The notes below the pieces were generated by a model. The model was not told where the DNA came from. It saw only the letters and a program-made list of their open reading frames with translations, and did not search any database. From contig NW_014040534.1 of NCBI RefSeq assembly GCF_001186125.1, positions 194,701 through 228,622 on the forward strand: a stretch of 33,922 nt of DNA, read 5' to 3'. This DNA comes from Sphaeroforma arctica JP610 (taxonomy: Eukaryota). Shown here piece by piece: positions 12,297-25,071 of this stretch (position 1 is the stretch's first letter; every line of letters begins with the position of its first letter). The position numbers and the translations under genes are program-made.

Positions 12297-15200
12297 GGCA
12301 ACGTATAAGTATATAGGAATTGATTCGTATGTATTAGCCTACCTGCGCTTTAACCTAAAATCCACATTGTAAATCCTAAAAACTTACTGTGGCCAGCAGA
12401 TTCTTCTGCAGTAGCTCCAGCTTGACTTTGACCACCACGCGTGCTTCGTCGAGTTTTTGTTTGCGGTTGACTAGGTCTTGTTCCTGTGCTGGTAATGGGC
12501 TGATACTCGGTGACTCTAACTCGATCCGCAACGTATCGAAGTGTGTTCGCGTGTGCTCCCAGAGCCTGATGGAGATCTGTGGTATTATGAGAGTGTGCAC
12601 GTGTCCATGAGAGTGTGCACGTGTCCATGAGAGAGTGCATGTGATCTACATACACAAACGAGAACGCTGCGCATATCGTTAGATGAGGGAGGTTTATTCA
12701 TAAGTACTTACTTATTAGAGTAGAGCTCAATATATATCGAATATCATATCTACACATATATGTAGATAAAAACTTATGTACATATATCTAAATACATATC
12801 GCTTATGTAAAAAAGATTCTGCACAAAGTAGGATAAGGCAGTACTACTTATGAGTACCTTCTGATTGATGTAAAGTTCAATATTTATAAATATCATATGT
12901 ATGCATATATGTATATTCATATCTATATAAATATCGCTTGAATGAAAATAAGCCGCATATACTAGTGAAGCGATTTCAGGTTTGTGCTAAGTCAAAAATC
13001 TGGTTTGACATGTATACTATTGCAGGATTAAGAGAAACAACACACTTTCCGACACTACAATGCTCTATTCTAAATGCGTATATGAGTGAATAGAATACAC
13101 CTGTACGCATGTGCTTGGTCATTACTAATTGTACAAGCATTTTATCAAATGTAGCGAAGGCTCCAAACGATAAGTATAGATATATATATAAATGTACATA
13201 TACACCAAGTAGCATATGTATACCATTTTTTTTTCTCCACAGTCTGTAAACGCGAGACAGGCAGAGTATGGTGTACCACACAGAGACTGAACATATGCAC
13301 AGATTCATGTACACATACGCGAGTATCCATGCCATTTTCCATGCCACTTACAACTGTATCCTCCATTGTTTTGCTTATTGTGGTCTCCATAGTCGAGATG
13401 AAGGTTGCGAGTTGCTCCTCCAGTCGCTGACTCTGCAAAGACGCATTCCCCAGGGCCAGTGCATTCTTCTCGTACAGGACTCCCACAGAAGCAGTCGTGA
13501 TGCTGGGGCTTTAAGGTATAAGGGTCTAGAGTTTAAGGGTCTAAGGGTCTAGAGCTTAAGGTACAGAGTCGAGGGGTTAAGGTGAATGCCAACACGCCCA
13601 GAAATAAGTAAGCAAGTTTCAAACATAGTGTATTCCAGGCAAATTTCAAGCAAAGTTCGTGTTCGTTCATCTCATACAGATCTTCCAGAGGGGTGGGTGT
13701 CATGCTAATATACTGCTGGTACTAGGGCACGAGCACAGGGAAATGAAATGCGTATAGTCGCTTAGCACTCTAGTAGCCGTTGCAAACTATCAAAATTTCG
13801 ATGATCACTTTGTTTCAGGATCGAAGCACGCCATAGTCAGCTAGCTATGTGAAGAGTCGGGAAAGTATTTTCACATCTACGATGGGCACGCGAGAATCAT
13901 CACAAAGAAAGTACAAGATCAAGCCAAGCACCATTGATTTTGGAAGGATTTAAACTGTGAAGCCGAATAGCCACGATACTACTGTACGCTGTGTACTAAG
14001 TGCATTTTGCATGAAAGCACGAACAGACAGACGCATGGCATGCATGTATACATACTTCGATTTTCTTGCGAGTACTTTCATGAGCTGCGCCATGGTCTGT
14101 CTGTGCGTGGTGGTGTTCGTCACATCCTTGTGGAGGGCCTTGGCAGCCTTGCTGAGATCAACATAGCTAGTGGTCACACGAGGAAACAGAAGCATGAGGA
14201 AAAATGGGTCAAAATAGAAATTGCACAGCATATCAACTATACATACTTTTTGCACGTGTATATACATACATACGTTTATAAACTTGCATGTATATATACA
14301 TACATACATTAATAAATTTGCATGTATATATACATACATACATTTATAAATGTGCATGTGTATATACATACATACATTTACCCGCGGCAGCCATGCACAC
14401 ATGTGTACAATTTGACTCCATTTGCGACGAGAACCTTTACCTAACCTAAATAACAACTAGGAGTACGTGTATATATACACAAGGACACGCTACAACATAC
14501 TATGCGGTTCCCAATCGCAAAGTTGTGGCGACACTACGGTCTTAGGGCATCGTGAAGGTGAAAGTAACATTTAACAGCGTACATTGTGCACAGGACTGAT
14601 ATAGATTGGTACTTAATGTTGTTGCTTACTTATCTTCATTGTTGTAAGTACGGATATAAAAATAGCGTTTGCGTGCGATATACTTGTTCGTATCCGCATT
14701 CCAAATGAAAGCATGTTTGCTTTATATTCACGAATGAGTTTAGTACTGATATATTAACCGACTCTCGAAAAGATCATTAAACTGACACGCCCTAGAAATA
14801 CAGAATGCGCCTACGCAAATCAACAAAGTCAACCAAGCAGACATATGCAAACAAGATAAGCATATAATCTACTCGCAATAAAAGTGTAAGTTAAGCGTTT
14901 ATATCCATTTATATACGTGCGCACTACACATGACATATCTACATATACGCAATCCTAAAATTACCATACATTAAAGCTACAATCTCACAAGCGCACACAA
15001 ATTGTACATACATAACCACATGCAATAAAAGATATATGCTCCATAACTCCTATAACTTTCCCCAATATCTATATCAAATAACACTATTAAAGATAGCGGA
15101 ATAGTTAACTGCCGTATGTGACTTTTGAATAATTGCATTAAAGTATTAAATTTCCTCACAAGTACGTATGTTCACTACGCCTCCCCATTAAGTTTCGTAT

Positions 15201-15367
15201 ATCGATGCTCACTCTCCTGCATGTATTCATTATTCTAAACAACAGTATACGAGCATAATCTAACCGTGATATATATGTATCTAAATCTATACACACACAC
15301 ACACCCACGCATATATATATATATACATATATACACACACACACATANNNNNNNNNNNNNNNNNNNN

Positions 15368-15413
<46 letters not shown>

Positions 15414-15719
15414 AATTGTATATCTGGTTATATATTTATTCGCACATTACTATACATAGAGTATACCAATAGAGTTTTTTTTCTACTCTCTATACTCGCG
15501 TAACCATTTCTCATACCTTTTCTTGGCCTCATCAAACTGTGCGATGCTGTGCTCAATCTCGGGGTCCGGGGTCTTGTCGACGTGGAATATCTTTGTATTC
15601 ACAAACCGCTTCATCTTGCCAAATAGACCCCCTGGAGCGCCCCCATTGAGTGTTGTTTTGGCCGGGGCTGTAGTGGTGGGTCTAGGCGGCGGCGTCTTGG
15701 CGCGTGAGTGCGACATCAT
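10134..15719 (-). CDS. Arfaptin-like AH/BAR-domain protein (arfaptin/ICA69/PICK1 family) with long disordered C-terminal tail
   Basis: Exons 15719-15517, 14166-14056, 13508-13352, 12576-12388, 11021-10134 (TAG), phases 2,2,0,0. The product has KTPDPEIEHSIAQFDEAKKSY..., FISTMETTISKTMEDT, WEHTRTHFDTLRIEL and VKVKLELLQKN...MEHQLVDLYCAYGKFF. These are colinear with arfaptin motifs RTVDLELE, LVTKTMEDT, YEAARLEYDAYR and VAIKLKFLEEN..MHKQLLLFHNA. Confidence 0.85.
11171..12296. repeat. (TA)n/(CA)n microsatellites flanking an assembly gap (N 11240-12117)
   Basis: Seen directly. Confidence 0.95.
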
Positions 15720-16750
15720 GGCTTGATGTCTATATGAGTGCAGGGTTAAATTGATTGAACGCTAGCTAATCTATTTATAATACACACTGCTGTTCTTTCG
15801 TGCGTGGTCTAACAAGTGGCCGACTTGACGATACCATATGGGATACCAACTCTCTCTCTCTCTCATGTATAGTGTCCACTGTTTGTGTATGGCAATGAAT
15901 AAAATAGGGAGGCAAGTGTTCTATAATAAATAGAAATAGTCTCGTCATAGAATATGCTATCTCCAGAGATCGTATGAGTCATAGTCATACATAAATAGTA
16001 GTAATAGATCTGGCGGACATTGCCATATCTCCGCATCTCCAGACTCCACAAGTCCACAGTCCACAGTCCAGTCTCCAGAGTCCAGACTCTTGACTCTTGA
16101 GTCCAGAGTGACCAGACCCCAGCAAAGTCCAGAGAGATCATATCAAACTAAATATCATAAGTACCGAACATCCACTTCTATTTTGGCGGGCGCTTCAGAT
16201 CTGTGGCAAAATAGCCGGACAAGGCTTTCTTAGAACCCCAAACATCATGTCAATATTCTATTTTAAATACATCCCTCTTGCACCATAGTAAATAGTTGCA
16301 CGGCGCTTTACCGCGTATGTAATAAAGGCATAGGTCTTAGGTTGGACAAGGTAAATATTGACACTATATTATAAATTATAAATATATACCGACAATATAG
16401 TGGTCCTAATAGGGGCGGCCTTACACACGTTCAAATCTTGTATAGAACGCAGATTGCTCACGTAAACACTCACTGTACTAACACATCCTAGTTTTTAGTT
16501 GGCACGGGTTACGTGTGTAATATTCTGTGACCCCCAATTACACCTTTACACCTCACTATACAATTTGAGTGTTGTAGGTTTGTAGTAGTGGCTGGTTCAT
16601 CTGCCGTAAAAGGGCTGTTGGCGTGACTCGTAGATGAATTTAAAACAACTGACATCGAACAGGTAGCTGACATAGTAGTACGGTTGGTATTGAAACGGTA
16701 GTTGGTATATTTGAATAGCTGCCATCGAAACGGTAGTAGCTAGAGGTGCA
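15720..16750. promoter_or_regulatory. Probable bidirectional promoter region between divergent arfaptin-like and SerRS genes
   Basis: The two predicted start codons point away from each other about 1 kb apart. The region contains a degenerate GTCCAGA/GTCCACA repeat (16037-16135) and TTTTGGCGGG (16181-16190). Confidence 0.5.
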
Positions 16751-19700
16751 ATGTGGTCCATCAAAGTCCATAGAGGACATCTTACAAGATGTTCAACACT
16801 TCAAATAAATCGATTGATGCACGCTGCAGGTATGATTCAGATCCGATCGGTGTTGGCTGTGCATGTCTTGTATATAGTTGTGATATGGACTGCTATGCGT
16901 TTCACAGATATTGTCTGATGCATGTGGTGTGGTATTTAATGGCATAAAAGGGACAGTCTACAGAATTTCTGACCCTCTGTATTAAGTATTTGGCGCAAGT
17001 GCGGAATATTGCGTTTCAAACTCTTTAGTGGTCGATGTGGATTCGTTTTAGTAGCTGTGGTGTGTTCGACATATAATAGCTATGCTAGGAGTTCGTTATT
17101 GCGATGTCAGAGAGTATCTCATGTGCAATCGGGACTGACAATTTTTATGTTTGCCACATGCATGGCGACACTTGTGGGTGCAAATGAACTTATAGAGACA
17201 CGTGTTTACGGCTGTTCTAGTCACTTAAGGAGCCCAAGTGAACAACGAAATGACAACAAATACATTTAAGCTATGGTTCAGATTGCATCTATACATGAAG
17301 CTACACTTATATTCGTTGTGCGCCGTATGAAGGTGCCGTCCATGGTTATTTCGTGTTCTTAACATTTGGCGGATGAACAGACCATTGTACTCACATAAAT
17401 TGATCTATTGTGTGTACTGTACCTACCACCGATGAAGGCTGGCTACACTTGTATGCTTTGGCTCTTTCCGTCACATGTCACATTTGTAGCTCGCGTATCA
17501 GCAGACCAAATACATTTATAAGTTGATCTATTGTGTGTAATATATCGACCACCAATGCGGGCTGGCTATACTTGTATGATCTGGCATATTCCGTCACATG
17601 TCACATTTGCAGCTGGCGTATCAGCAGACTAAATACATTTATTAGTTGATCCATTGTGTGTAATGTAATTGCCACCAATGCGGGCTGGCTGGCTAAACTT
17701 CTATGATTTGACTTATTCCGTCGCATGTCACATTAGCAGCTGGCGTATCAGCAGACCAAATACACTTATTAGTGGATCTATTGTGTGTAATGTATCGACC
17801 ACCAATGCGGGCTGGCTAAAATTGTATGGTCTGGCTTATTCCGTCACATGTCGCAATAGCAGCGGCATCTACCGATACTAACAGCCCAGAAGTGGTGGAG
17901 TTGCTGCAGAAACCAAGCTTCAACTTCAAACGCATATCGGAACATGCGGATGCAATGCACAGGAATGCTCAAAATAGGTACGTAATCATTCTAAAATGTG
18001 TGCTTGTTCATTGCTGAGATAAAACGTACAACACAACGCGTGTAGCACTGACCCCATCTTGCTTGATCCACACACTGTTTAGCATAGGTTGTGCTGTAAG
18101 GATGTGTTTGTAGTGCGACGTGCAGGTGTACGCCGACATGTTGATGGACCAGCAGATTGTTGCTCCTCGTGTCGTACTCATATGTCAGGAATGTCAAGGC
18201 CGCATAACTGTTGGGAGTAGTATGGCTCGACAGACAACCAGTACGGTATGCTCTCAGGGCAGGAGCTCATATCAGCTGACAACGTTCGGTTGTACTTACA
18301 CGTTCACCAAGCATGCCAAGAGGGCGCATCAGGTACGAGTAAGAAGCCTGCACAGTTATATCTACACACTAAGGGCAATATCTTATAAAACGCCATATAC
18401 AATCTCATCCGCGCATCAGGAATGTCAAGACGGCAGATGCGTACTCGGTGAAGACTTTATACCGAGATCAATGCAGTCTCATTGGCCGTGTGAACGAATA
18501 CCGACAGCGACGGAACGAGCTGAACGGCCAATTAAAGGGGCTTACTAAACTAAAAGGGTAGGCTTTTGGCGCCAAAAGTCCTGTTGGGTACATACGCTTG
18601 CTTGTATGTGTATACTGGATTATATAACCTCGCTTCTGTACTTTACTGGGTACATGTGTGTGTATGTATTTACGCGTGTGTTAAACAGTGTGGGTGCGCG
18701 TGTGCTTGTGTATGTGTACACTGCGAATGTATGTGGATCTGTATAAGATGAGCTACACAGCCACATCGCGACTTTCAGCTTTCGGTTTCCTGCACCTATT
18801 GGGATTTCATTCAGTATGGGGAAGTGAACACCTCCTGTGATGCTCAGCATAATACTTGTTGCGGTATTTTTAGTCTGACAGCTACACCTGCAGCTTAAAG
18901 CACCACTCAAGCCACACATATGTAGATGTTATCTCAAGTGATGCCACGTGCGAATACTATTTTAATACAACAGCACGACTTCACACACACAACACACTCA
19001 GAGATGATGTCGTTGCAAAACGATCCGCTCTGGTTCAAGAGTCTCAAGCCCTGAAGAGCACTTTAACAATCAGCGAATCAGAACTCTCCGATATCACCAA
19101 ACAACTATACGACGCCGCTGGAAATATACCAAATGAAACGCATCCAAACAGTCCCATTGGCGCAGAGGAAAACGCACGTATTGTGGCCATGAGGAACGAT
19201 AAGCCTCACTTTGCATTCACGCCAAAAGATCATGTGGAGCTAGGCAAATACTTGGATTTATTCGATTTTGAAGCTGGTATGAGTTGTTTTGTGTGTGGTT
19301 TGTACGTGTATGCTTGTAAGAGTGATTTGTTAATACGCTAGCCTGTACGTGTGCGTATATCTGTGCATAGGTTTGTGTTTATATCGTTGTGATTACAGGA
19401 TGGAATATATCTAGTGTCGTCAGCAAAGTCTGGATCCACGTGAAGTCTAGATGGTTGATGAGCTCATACACAAGGATTCAGTGGAGGGTACTACTTGGCA
19501 CCGTAAGTGATGAGATGTCTAGTATAGAGTCCGAACCAAAAATATCTCGGAATAGACGATTAAATGAAATATACAATCGAATTCATATTGAGAAACTTCG
19601 GAATAAATAATAGCATTCTTATCTGTGCGAATTGCGTGTGTGTGTAGAACAGCTATCCCCTTTCTCGTATCTCTCTGTCCCGTATGTGTCCATTCGTTGT

Positions 19701-21220
19701 CATGAAGCCATACATATAGTCGAATGAGTTCTGTATCTGTGGGTTACCCATGACATTCCTATTTGCTTTGTACATAATTTAATCCGTGCACATCCCTTAT
19801 ATAGTATTGATCTTCTACTGCTACTCTCGCTGTAGCCTCCGCTGTAAGTGGACACAGTTTCTACTACCTCAAGAACGCTGCCGCGAGGTTAGAGCTGGCC
19901 CTAATACAATATGCGGTCGACTTTGTCAGTGACAGGGGTTTTACTGTGGTTACAACGCCCGATGTGGTTAAGACTGGCCTGGTTGAGGCGTGCGGGTTCA
20001 AGCCTCGAGATGTAGAGGCAACACAGGTGAGTATGTTATGTTGTCGTGTACATGCTGTTGTGTCTTGGATGGGTTGTATCATCACATATATCAATAACGT
20101 TACCATACACGTGATAGTGGGGGTCGGATTTATTCTTTCCAACAGCATCTCACTGGGTTCAAGTGGGCCTAACAGTGGCCTGCGGTCATACAGATAGTGG
20201 TACTTTGTGTCGAGTTTTCTGCACCACGGTACACGCCATACATGTCAGCTGTGGCAAGATTTTTTTTTGAGCTTGCTTCGGTAATAGTGATAGAGGTTCT
20301 ACGGTAGTTCCGACACCTGTGGTAGTCGCATCTGACCTTTTTGAAGGGCTTCCGTTGACCTTAGATGAACGTGCCTGTTGAAGGCGTATGTCCGTTGACA
20401 TTAGTTGAACGTGCCTGTTGAAGGCGTTTGTCCGTTGACATTAGTTGAACGTGCCTGTTGAAGGCGTATGTCTGTTGACATTAGTTGAACGTGCCTGTTG
20501 AAGGCGTATGTCTGTTGGCATTAGTTGAACGTGCCTGTTGAAGGCGTATGTCTGTTGGCATTAGTTGAACGTGCCTGTTGAAGGCGTATGTTGGTTGTCA
20601 TATTCAGTGATGCAATTGTGCGTGATGCTGGGTGCTGGTTCGTACACAGATGTGTTCGTAGTCCTTCTCACATTTTTAATAGTCAACTTCGGTCCTATTG
20701 ATGTGTCCATTAATTCGCTTCATTTTGGTGGTTGCCATTTCCAGACTGTGGCTAGCATGTGCGCCTGTTCGTAGCAACCTCGGTAGTATATGCTTTTAGG
20801 ATTTTTAGTAGGCAAAGAGACGGCGCGGTTGAACACTAGCTGTGTATATATATTTTTGAGCTACACAAACATTTGCATCGATATATGGTATTCCAATCAT
20901 CACACCTATTTTTTAATACCGCAGACCTACTGTCTCGAGAAACCGTACGAGCACCTGGCACTTTCAGGCACGGCCGAGATCCCATTGGCTGGTCTTTTCA
21001 TGGGCAAAACCTTCAAAGCATCGCAACTACCAATTAAAGTGGTTGCCTTCGGACGGGCATTCCGAGCGGAAGCGGGCGCCTATGGAGGTGTGTGAATGTT
21101 CGGTGAGTATGTTAGTAAGTGCTCAGAGAGTTATATATATATATGTGTGTGTATGTATGTATGTATGTATGTATGTATGTATGTATGTATGTATGTATGT
21201 ATGTATGTACGTATATATAC

Positions 21221-21252
<32 letters not shown>

Positions 21253-21256
21253 CATG

Positions 21257-21299
<43 letters not shown>

Positions 21300-21550
21300 G
21301 TCCTGTATATATATATATATATATATATATCTATAGTANNNNNNNNNNNNNNNNNNNNATATATAGTATANACTATAGTACTATAATNTATATATATATA
21401 TATATATATATATATNTATGCNGTATATACATATATATATATATATANATTATATATAGTGTGTGTGTGTGATTTTGTGTATATGCATACACATATACAC
21501 ACATACACACACACATATACATACACACACACACACATACACACATACAT

Positions 21551-21587
<37 letters not shown>

Positions 21588-23421
21588 CGAACTGTCATGC
21601 GCACGATCGAGGTAGCCAACGATGCTTACCCTCACTCCACAATCACGTGGCCCCAGTTATCTTTGTGCTACCAGTCTACCTATAATCCACATTCTCTGTC
21701 AACTATTAGTGAAGTTTTAATGCAGATTTGCTGCCGACATACTGACGGGCGTGTCCAGCAATGATTCGTATAAGAATATCCATGTATATTTCGCAAATAA
21801 CAATGTCAAATTGTTCCACTCTTGCGAAACAAATCGGGTGGATGCCTTGCCTTCACGGCAACACAATCGCATTCACGTAAGTATACTCCGATGTTTATCT
21901 CCAGCGGCAAACAAAGGGTTATACCGTGTGCACCAATTCAGCAAAGTAGAGATGTTTGTTGTAAGCGAGAGTGAGGGGTCTGCGACTGTCGGCGACGGAG
22001 AAACTCAGTCGGAACTTGCGACAAAGTGCACCGAAAGCGATGAATTGTTGGAAGAAATCAGGACTATCCAGGACGAATTTTTACAGAGCCTAGGCTTACA
22101 CTTCCGGTAAGGTTTGGTGTTTCAAGCGTAGCTTGAATTTTAATGAACATGTGAGGGTTTACTTACAGTGGATATACTATCTTTTTATATTACATCCGGT
22201 GAAGGTAGGTTTCAGGCACTCATCGCATTGGTGGATTCAAATGTCATTGGGTGTGCTTGTCATGTTGAGGATAAATCGGTGTAGCTGTCTATAGGCGGGC
22301 ATACTGCATGCCCCTCGACACACTATCGGGAAACTGCGGCATCGGCCATCGATGCTCTAAAACGTGTCTGCTTTGCTTTAAATAACTGCTCAAGTATCGA
22401 TACACCTATCGATGAGATAAAAACATTACTGAGTTTTTACGACAATTGAACTATTCTGCTGACAGCTCATTCGTACACGGTCAATTTCACATATCATTCA
22501 ATTCATTATCGCCTCATTCACCAATCCGAGACAATCGCATCGGCAGCTATGGTATCAGAGTATAGGCATGTACTAACTCTATGGAAGTTTCAGATTTTTA
22601 TATTCACACTTTTAGACCGGATCCCATTGTATTCGGATGTCAAACATTTGTATCTACACAAACCCGATCCTGATTTTTTTTATGCATCACTTTCCCAGCG
22701 TCTTGGATATGCCAACGGAAGAATTAGGTGCGGCGGCCTACAGGAAATACGATATGGAAGCCTACATGCCTGGACGTGCTCTATCAAGTGATGTGGTAGA
22801 CGGATTGGCTTTCGGCGAGGTAAGGACCGATTCTACTTTTTAGTCGCATATCTCAGTGTTTATAGAAGGATTAGTACTTTATTCACGCCAGTCCTCAAGA
22901 ATAAACTTAAAATGGACCCTTGGTTAGTTTGAGATAGAGAAATTCTTTATTGTAGTAGAATTTGGCCTACAGAGAGTAGGCGTGTGCATATTGGAAGAGT
23001 GCCCGGAATTTGGGGTTAGGGTATATGAAGTATATGGCGACACTCCTATCTTTTTCCGCGCCATGTGTATATCTCTCCAACCACCGTACATTTGTTACAG
23101 CACACTGTGCAGCTAGGCGTAACCACGCGTTGTCAAACAAGTTGATTAATAATTTTATCATCTCTCCACCTTGGGCAGGTAACGAGCGCTTCTAACTGTA
23201 CGGACTTTCAAGCGAGACGGCTGAATATCAAGTACAAGACACATGACAGCAGTCCCTCACTGTTTGCGCACACACTCAACGGTACCGCGTGTGCAGTGCC
23301 ACGTGTGATTATCGCACTGCTGGAAACTCATCAGAATGAAGACGGGACTGTGAATGTCCCTGAGGCCCTGCACTCGTATATGAGGGGCAAGGTTATCAGA
23401 CCGCCAGAAAGGGTGTTTTGA
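16751..23421 (+). CDS. SARS2: Seryl-tRNA synthetase, mitochondrial/bacterial type (class II aaRS)
   Basis: Exons 16751-16829, 17860/17863-17977, 18420-18557, 19002-19276, 19836-20026, 20925-21087, 21905-22106, 22699-22819, 23179-23421 (TGA), all phase-compatible. Motifs: [47 protein letters not shown]...[14 protein letters not shown] (motif 2), [48 protein letters not shown] (motif 3). The N-terminus [26 protein letters not shown] is Arg-rich and acid-free, like a mitochondrial presequence. Confidence 0.95.
17398..17870. repeat. ~120-125-bp tandem repeat x4 whose last unit contains the SerRS exon-2 acceptor
   Basis: The unit TGATCTATTGTGTGTAATGTATCGACCACCAATGCGGGCTGGCTA...TTCCGTCACATGTCACATT.GCAGCTGGCGTATCAGCAGAC recurs near 17401, 17523, 17646 and 17774. 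Confidence 0.92.
18189..18332 (+). pseudogene. Dead duplicate (pseudo-exon) of SerRS exon 3
   Basis: Shares TCAG|GAATGTCAAG with the real exon (18420) and ends AG|GT in the same phase; 144 vs 138 nt. [15 protein letters not shown] vs [16 protein letters not shown], with two in-frame stops. Confidence 0.6.
20240..20370 (+). pseudogene. Decayed duplicate of SerRS exon 5 in the following intron
   Basis: [20 protein letters not shown] (20286-20345) aligns without gaps to exon [20 protein letters not shown] (19928-19987). Upstream, AVAR-(polyT)-ELA matches AAARLELA. Confidence 0.75.
20351..20600. repeat. 40-bp minisatellite x6
   Basis: TTAGTTGAACGTGCCTGTTGAAGGCGTATGTCYGTTGRCA at 20361, 20401, 20441, 20481, 20521, 20561. 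Confidence 0.97.
21132..21587. repeat. Compound (TATG)n/(TA)n/(GT)n/(CA)n microsatellite in SerRS intron 6
   Basis: Seen directly; includes small N gaps. Confidence 0.95.
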
Positions 23422-25071
23422 AATAAAGACATCGGATAGTATGTGAGATTCTTTCGTTGAAATTGTTTGACGCAATGGAGTGAATAATGTGCACTAGACT
23501 GGTAGTTGGTAGCTAGAGCGATGTGATATGTGTCGGCCCCCTCGGAAACCTGTGTGGTCGTGTCACACGGTTCGCCCGAACACTCCCTTGCTTCAGGGGC
23601 TGTGCCAACGAAAGCCGCTACCTTTATCGAACATATTGTATCAGTTAGCACCATCGAAAAACAGTGGATTCTGGCTGCACCAACTGGGATCACCATTCGC
23701 TGGAAGATTACTGATGGGTACTACTTAACTGTCTCCATCAGGCGCTCAAGCCACGATATCTTACTGGGTAGATGGATGGCTGATTCCAGCGATTTGTATG
23801 CAAGATTTCTGATATAGTAACAATGTAAATGTGTGCAGAAGAGCAGCTGGGAGTGAGATTTTACAGGTCTGAACTATATCACATTGTTTTGATGGAATTT
23901 ACATCTGCAACGAATCGTTCATTTGACTACTGCAAGCTTTGGTGTTCTTGTTGAATATATACTATAAATTTTCGCAGTATGCTTATAGTCAGGGTGACTA
24001 ATCATATTCATAAACACAAAATGTTGTCAGCGGTGTTCAAAACTTTCCACCGATTCGAAAGCGTATATTTTTCTAGTGTAAGGCGGAAGATAATAATAAT
24101 ATACATCAACGAGATATAAGGGTCAGATGAAGAGGAAAACACATAGCTGAGCAACCTTCAGGTTATCTATCCTTTCTCGTCAAGTGTTTACCTCACGTAC
24201 GTAAAATTCAACGAGACTACCTACTCGAGAGTGTCGCATCGCCTAGATTCGTCATTTGAATTGCATGGGAACGGGAGTGAAAGGATAAATAGACAGTATG
24301 CGTATGCTCGACCCAAAACAATTGAATTGAAAGTGGAAAATTTGAAAAGTGGAAAACTGAAATTAGCGAAACTCATAAACACAACACAGCAAATGGCAGG
24401 AACGGGAAACCACACTAGTAGAGTACATACTATTTTGCATACATACTACAAAGTACGTACTAGTACTGACTGAAACTGGGAAACTGATAAATAGAAAGCC
24501 GGAAAGCATTCCTTTTGACCTGTGCCTTTGGTGAACTGCAGTAAAAGACTAAAGAGGGAACGACAATGTTTGACTTCATCAATTGTGCAAATAATTTGAT
24601 TGGAAACTGAGTGTTTACGTTGTCGGAGCGGAGGCTGACACTTATTTCATCTCCCCCCCCCCCCCCCGCCAGCCTCAAATAGTAAGGGGTGTCATAAATA
24701 AAAGTTGAACGTAAACCTATTTGTTCTTCTCGGTTTGTCAACCCTGAAAAAACCTTCTACCAACACCTCTCTTTACTAGAGAGTCAAAACTTAAAACCGT
24801 CAACAAACTTCTAACTGCTCTTAACGTTTTCAGCTTTACAAACCCCCCCCCAAAAAAAAATTGAATAAATTTCTTTGTGGACAATAGTTCAGGGCTCGGC
24901 CTGCGAGTCCTCACTGCCTATGAATGAGAGAGAAGAGTCTTTCCCGAATATAAAGACCAATTGGTATAAATACCGGTTGTCGCTTGCTCGCAATACGTAG
25001 TTTCCGCACATACTTTCCGCCTTTCAAACGTACTATAAGTAACACATTAGTAGCACATAGTACTTGATACA

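Noticed and set aside
23900..25000. Possible MITE or ncRNA around the poly-C/poly-A runs upstream of the aminotransferase
   Set aside because: No terminal inverted repeats, tRNA cloverleaf or snRNA motif identifiable by eye.
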